Shown here piece after piece: positions 59,555 through 64,000 of a DNA stretch of 64,000 bases (position 1 is its first letter; each line of letters starts with the position of its first letter). The DNA lies in contig CAWBYW010000018.1 of NCBI GenBank assembly GCA_963792965.1, positions 64,001 to 128,000 of the forward strand, written 5' to 3'. The notes below the pieces were generated by a model that did no database searches, was not told the DNA's origin, and worked only from the letters and a program-made list of their open reading frames with translations. The DNA is from an uncultured delta proteobacterium. GTDB taxonomy: Bacteria; Desulfobacterota; Zymogenia; Zymogenales; Zymogenaceae. The translations under genes and the position numbers were made by a program.

Positions 59555-60526
59555 ATGGAAAAGAAATGTACCGCCTGTGGAAAAAAACAGGCAAGAACGG
59601 AATGTGACAACTGCGGAACGGCAATATGCGGCGATTGCTGCAAGCTGGAGATATGGGGCACCGGTGCTGAAGATTTGAGCGCCCGCTATTTTTGCCCGAC
59701 CTGTAAAGATGATCCGGATGTCAACCCATGGGGGGCTTACAGCAACGTGGACGGCAAGGAAACGGGCGGGGATGCCCGAGCGGCTGTCTCAAACAGCCGG
59801 TTAGGCGTTGAGACGGAAAGGGCGCGAAGCAACGGGAAAAAATTATACGCAACGTGCAAAGAGGCGCTGGCCGGGATATGTGACGGCGCAACCATCATGG
59901 TCGGAGGGTTCACAGGAAGGGGGACACCGTCAAATCTTCTCCTTGCCCTGCGCGATCTGGGGCCGAGGGATCTTACCGTCATCCGAAACGACGCAAGCGG
60001 AGGATGGAAAAACCCCATAGACGTGGATATTCTCATTGAGGCAGGGATGGTCAAAAAGGTTATCACCTGCTTCGCCGTGTTCGGGTCACCTAAGAAAGTG
60101 AGTGTGCTTGAGCGTGCGGCGATGGAAGGCCAAGTCGTTGTCGATCTCGTGCCCCAGGGGACCCTCGCGGAACGAATCCGGGCAGGCGGTGCCGGCATCG
60201 GCGCGTTTTATACTCCTACGGGAGTCGGCACGGAAGCTTCTGCAGAAAGGGAAACACGCGTCATTGACGGCCGTGAAATGCTGCTCGAATATTCGCTCAA
60301 GGCGGATTTTGCGCTGATCAAGGCCTATAGTTCCGATACACTGGGAAACCTCGTATACAGGAAATCAGCACGCAATTTCAATCCGATAATGGCCATGGCG
60401 GCAACGACTACCGTAGTGGAAACTGAGAACCTTATCGAACCGGACGCCCTCAACCCGGATCAGGTTATAACTCCATGTGTGTTTGTAGACCGTATTGTTC
60501 ACGTTCGAAATGGGAGGTGCAACTAA
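59555..60526 (+). CDS. 3-oxoacid CoA-transferase subunit A with N-terminal Cys-rich zinc-finger-like domain
   Basis: CxxC-x8-CxxC-x4-CxxC...CxxC, then DGATIMVGGF..GTP, PQGTLAERIRAGGAG, ARNFNP. Confidence 0.85.
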   Translation: MEKKCTACGKKQARTECDNCGTAICGDCCKLEIWGTGAEDLSARYFCPTCKDDPDVNPWGAYSNVDGKETGGDARAAVSNSRLGVETERARSNGKKLYATCKEALAGICDGATIMVGGFTGRGTPSNLLLALRDLGPRDLTVIRNDASGGWKNPIDVDILIEAGMVKKVITCFAVFGSPKKVSVLERAAMEGQVVVDLVPQGTLAERIRAGGAGIGAFYTPTGVGTEASAERETRVIDGREMLLEYSLKADFALIKAYSSDTLGNLVYRKSARNFNPIMAMAATTTVVETENLIEPDALNPDQVITPCVFVDRIVHVRNGRCN

Positions 60527-60530
60527 AACC

Positions 60531-61190
60531 ATGAAGGAAAGAATGTCAGAAGAACAGATGGCCAGGCGCGTGGCAGGGGAACTCAAAGATGGGTTTTGTG
60601 TTAATCTCGGCATCGGAATGCCCATGATGGTTGCATCGTATATCCCTTCCGGCGTACACATACTTGTCCATTCCGAAAACGGGGTACTGGGGGTCGGCCA
60701 CCATGCTCCTATGGGAATGGAAGATAAGGACCTCGGCAATGCAGGGGACGAAAACGTTACGGTGGTTCCAGGCGCATCATTTTTCGACAGCGCGGAAGCA
60801 TTCGCCATGGTTCGGGGAGGACATCTTGACGTTACAGTTCTCGGCGGGTTCCAGGTCTCTGAGAAAGGAGATCTATCAAACTGGAAGCTCCCCGGCAGGA
60901 CGGTTGGAAGTTATGGTGGGGCGATAGATCTCGCCTCCGGCGCCAAAAAAGTCATTGTTATGATGAAACATACGACCCCGCTGGGAGAAACGAAGATCGT
61001 GACCGACTGTACATACCCGATCACCGCCCGGCGATGCGTATCGATGATTGTGACCGATGTGGCGGTTATTGAAATTACGAAAAAAGGATTGTGCCTTCGG
61101 GAAACAGCCCCGGGTTGGACAACAAAGGAGGTTCAGGATATTACCGGCCCGCGTCTCAATGCAGATGCGGCTGTTGAATGGGTTGAATAA
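60531..61190 (+). CDS. 3-oxoacid CoA-transferase subunit B
   Basis: VNLGIGMP, HSENG (catalytic Glu), RGGHLDVTVLGG.QV. Confidence 0.92.
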   Translation: MKERMSEEQMARRVAGELKDGFCVNLGIGMPMMVASYIPSGVHILVHSENGVLGVGHHAPMGMEDKDLGNAGDENVTVVPGASFFDSAEAFAMVRGGHLDVTVLGGFQVSEKGDLSNWKLPGRTVGSYGGAIDLASGAKKVIVMMKHTTPLGETKIVTDCTYPITARRCVSMIVTDVAVIEITKKGLCLRETAPGWTTKEVQDITGPRLNADAAVEWVE

Positions 61191-61272
61191 AGGATGCAAC
61201 TGCTGTAAATTCTTTTTCCGAATAGAGAAAGCCCTGTGTTATTCCCGATGTTGATGAAGAGACACACGATGA

Positions 61273-61917
61273 TTACCCTATAAGTTTGTTCTGTACTGCG
61301 TACAGGATAATTTCGGCATTGCTTTTCATCTTCATCTTTTCCAGGATGTGGGAGCGGTGGGTGCTGATGGTTTTGACGCTCAGATGCAGAATCTCGGCGA
61401 TTTCCGAAACGGTCTTTCCGGATGCTATAAGCTGCATGACGTGATGTTCGCGATCGGACAGGGTTTCGTGGGGCAATTTCGTCATGTCGGTGTCCAGATA
61501 GTTGGCCAGCTTTTCGCCTAGGGACGCGCTGATGTAGCGTGCGCCTGCGGAAATCTTCCGAATAGCCGAAATCAATTCATGGGGTGCGCTTGCCTTTGTC
61601 AGATAGCCGGCTGCTCCCGCCCGCAATGCCCGGATGGCGTATTGCTCTTCGGGGTAAATGCTGAGAATAAGAACGGGGAGTTTTGGACAGTCGGCTTTCA
61701 ACTCCCGCAGGATTTCCAGGCCGTTCTTCCCGGGCATTGAAATATCCAGCAGTACAACATCGTATTGCTTCTTTTTGATATATGCGAGGACTTCCTGTCC
61801 GTTTCCCGCTTCATCCTCAACAACTAGATCAGGCGTTTCTGAAAGAACCTGCTTGAAACCTGCGCGAACAATGGGGTGATCGTCGGCAATAAGGATTCTG
61901 ATCTTTTTCCCTGTCAT
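61273..61917 (-). CDS. NarL/LuxR-family response regulator
   Basis: IADDHPIVRAG, LDISMPG, LSDRE, LSVKTISTH. Confidence 0.93.
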   Translation of the reverse strand: MTGKKIRILIADDHPIVRAGFKQVLSETPDLVVEDEAGNGQEVLAYIKKKQYDVVLLDISMPGKNGLEILRELKADCPKLPVLILSIYPEEQYAIRALRAGAAGYLTKASAPHELISAIRKISAGARYISASLGEKLANYLDTDMTKLPHETLSDREHHVMQLIASGKTVSEIAEILHLSVKTISTHRSHILEKMKMKSNAEIILYAVQNKLIG

Positions 61918-63005
61918 GATGTTTTTCCTGTCTTTGGCAAGGGGATACTAATCGTTATGGTGGTGCCCCGTCCGCCTTTCCCGACGATGGACTCCTTTCC
62001 TCCCCAGTGATAGACCCGTTCTTTGATTCCCAGCAAACCGAATGAATCGGGCTTTTCCATCTGACGATGCGTGATGCCCTTGCCGTTATCCTTGACAACA
62101 AACTCGAGACGGTCGTTGGTTGCCTTCAGGCGGACAGTTACTCTCGTGGCCTCGGCGTGACGCTGCACGTTCGTCAAGGTTTCTTGAAAAATGCGAAATA
62201 CAGTCGTCGCCAAATCCGGATCGATAACCATATCTTCCGGACTGAAGGATACTTTGCAGGCGATGCCGGTGCGTCTGGAAAATTCCTCGGCCTGCCAGGC
62301 GATGGCCGCTGTCAGGCCGAGATGATCGAGCATGCCCGGACGCAACCCCATGTAAATCTGTTTGACGGTCTTCATCGTCAGATCAACGAGGGAGGAGAGG
62401 CTATGAACTCTGTCCGACAGCACCGTCTGTCCAGCCGGGATCTTGTTTTTCAGCAGGATGATGTCCGTATTCATTGCCGTTAGAAGCTGCCCTAACTCAT
62501 CGTGCAACTCACGTGCGATGCGGGTTCTTTCCTTTTCCCGTATTGATTGAAGGTGCGCCGATAATTTGCGCAACTGCTGCCTTGACAGTTCAAGTTCTTG
62601 TACTGCCCGTTTCCGGTCCGTAATATCCTCATATGTAATAACCACTCGTTTTTCTTTTAATTTTTTGCCGATTCGCGCAGCGTTGATCATGCATTCTATT
62701 TCCGTGCCGTCTTTCCGTACACAGGGGAACTCCATGCTGGCAATGGGTTGCTTTTCCAGAACGGAATAGAGTTTGCCGGCGATCCTTTCATAGTCCTTTT
62801 CTGTCCGGTACAAAAGACGGGTATACCTGCCGATCAGTTCATCGGATGTCCAGCCGAATACAGCCGTGACCCCCCGATTGATAAAAATAATCCTTCTGTC
62901 CTGCAACCCGATGACGGCGTGAGGTATCGCTTTCAGGATGGACGCCTCTAAGGCCTCCATCTCGGCGATTTCATCGCGCGCCTTGATTAATTCTTCGATG
63001 TACAT
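61914..63005 (-). CDS. PAS-domain sensor histidine kinase (HisKA_3)
   Basis: PAS then ERTRIARELHDELGQ, QETLTNV.RHA, DNGKG, FGLLG.KER. Confidence 0.92.
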   Translation of the reverse strand: MYIEELIKARDEIAEMEALEASILKAIPHAVIGLQDRRIIFINRGVTAVFGWTSDELIGRYTRLLYRTEKDYERIAGKLYSVLEKQPIASMEFPCVRKDGTEIECMINAARIGKKLKEKRVVITYEDITDRKRAVQELELSRQQLRKLSAHLQSIREKERTRIARELHDELGQLLTAMNTDIILLKNKIPAGQTVLSDRVHSLSSLVDLTMKTVKQIYMGLRPGMLDHLGLTAAIAWQAEEFSRRTGIACKVSFSPEDMVIDPDLATTVFRIFQETLTNVQRHAEATRVTVRLKATNDRLEFVVKDNGKGITHRQMEKPDSFGLLGIKERVYHWGGKESIVGKGGRGTTITISIPLPKTGKTS

Positions 63006-63072
63006 GGATTTTATTGTTTTGTCGATAAGCGATTGATATTGATGAGAACTTCCTTCTTTTGGAGTGAAGTAT

Positions 63073-63197
63073 GGTCATGTCAATTAAATTGTGGAAATTG
63101 GCTTCAGGGTGTTGCCTCTCCAGTTCTTACTTAGCATATCCGTCACTCCGTACATGATCCGGTCGGCGCTCGCCTCATTCGTAAAGAAGTTGTTCAT
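63073..63197 (-). mobile_element. Second IS256-family right-end fragment
   Basis: 125-bp diverged copy of 58700-58824, same orientation. Confidence 0.8.
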
Positions 63198-63577
63198 CGG
63201 TCCGGACGATACGGTTCCGGATAGAAAGGACGCGATCGTTGTCAGGGCACCCGAAGATCAAGGGATCGTCCTCTTTCGGATGTTCATCAACGATCGGAAC
63301 GAAATTGCCAAGCTTCAGGAGTATCAGAGGGGTATTACCTGTACGCTGCTCAAATAGCGGCGGAAAGCATGTGAACGTCTGAGAAGAGCGTGTCCCCACT
63401 ACCAACGACCCTGATGGAAACAGGCAGTTATGACTTTTGCAGCTGCCTGTTTTTCTATTTTCCCGCCCTATTAAGTAATCAGAAAACCACCTAAATCTGT
63501 TAATTATCGTTACCCACTTTTCGCTCCCTCTTCCTCTGATCTTGCCGAAAATTTGTGCCAAAAATAGATCGAAATTG

Positions 63578-63650
63578 GGGCGCATAACGAGTGTGCGTTC
63601 TCTTGCTGGAGGATAACTTACCATAGCGGCGAAAGGAAGTCAAATACTCT
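63578..63650. repeat. 73-bp direct repeat copy 2
   Basis: 71/73 identical to 58454-58526. Confidence 0.95.
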
Positions 63651-63756
63651 CCGGCCGACCGGGGAAAAAACTTGGCTCCGTTTCAAAGGCTTAATCGCCG
63701 TTCATCGGATCAAGATTATCGTTTAGCATAATCTCAATTGCGGTAGTCACGAGCTC

Positions 63757-64000
63757 TGTTAACAGTCCGCCTCCTGTTGATAGATTTATCATGCTACGCA
63801 ACGTTTTGCTCTGGCGATTCTTCATGGACGCGTCGTTGACAGAGCTCCAATCCGTCAAGAAAGGTCTTAAGGGGCGTTTCTCCCCCTGATTGATACGCTT
63901 TCCGTTGCAGCATCTCACGAACTCACCGAGACTTGTCTGGATCTCATCGAGGGAATAATAGAGTTCCTTCCTGGAAGACAATGATACCATCACCCGTGCT
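63757..64000 (-). pseudogene. Degraded transposase C-terminus, IS481-like
   Basis: RKELYYSLDEIQTSLGEFVRCCNGKRINQG resembles IS481-family integrase-core C-termini. Confidence 0.55.

Noticed and set aside
63198-63577. ORFs 63091..63357 and 63175..63624
   Set aside because: Span an IS fragment and the repeat; no recognisable product, probably gene debris

Overview
GC-rich bacterial chromosomal window, probably an anaerobic Desulfobacterota/deltaproteobacterium-like organism (inference from gene content). Left to right: (1) end of a bidirectional NAD-reducing [NiFe]-hydrogenase operon (hoxF'UYH + maturation protease), two outer-membrane protein genes (a beta-barrel and an inverse autotransporter with a beta-helix passenger), then hypE; (2) a ~30 kb surface-glycan/exopolysaccharide locus (10-40 kb: WecA-like, 2 DegT aminotransferases, PIG-L, WbqC, radical SAM, many glycosyltransferases, Wzx, Wza/Wzc/Wzy-like) with a sigma54 activator and a sigma54 promoter; (3) continuing that rightward operon, a RiPP-like cassette (nucleotidyltransferase, tandem PqqD/RRE, two radical SAM/SPASM enzymes and an HPr-kinase-like protein resembling the SynChlorMet ScmD/E/F/C cassette, a 73-aa Cys-repeat candidate precursor, a soluble S26 peptidase and a divergent acyl-CoA ligase), which is the main finding; (4) a ROK-regulated sugar catabolism operon plus GH5, HIT and aspartokinase; (5) tRNA-Arg(CCG) followed by a more AT-rich segment bounded by a 73-bp direct repeat of the tRNA 5' end/promoter, with IS remnants, a CoA-transferase pair and a two-component system. 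About 9-10 apparent single-base frameshifts suggest long-read indel errors. All family calls come from motif reading and recall, not database searches.
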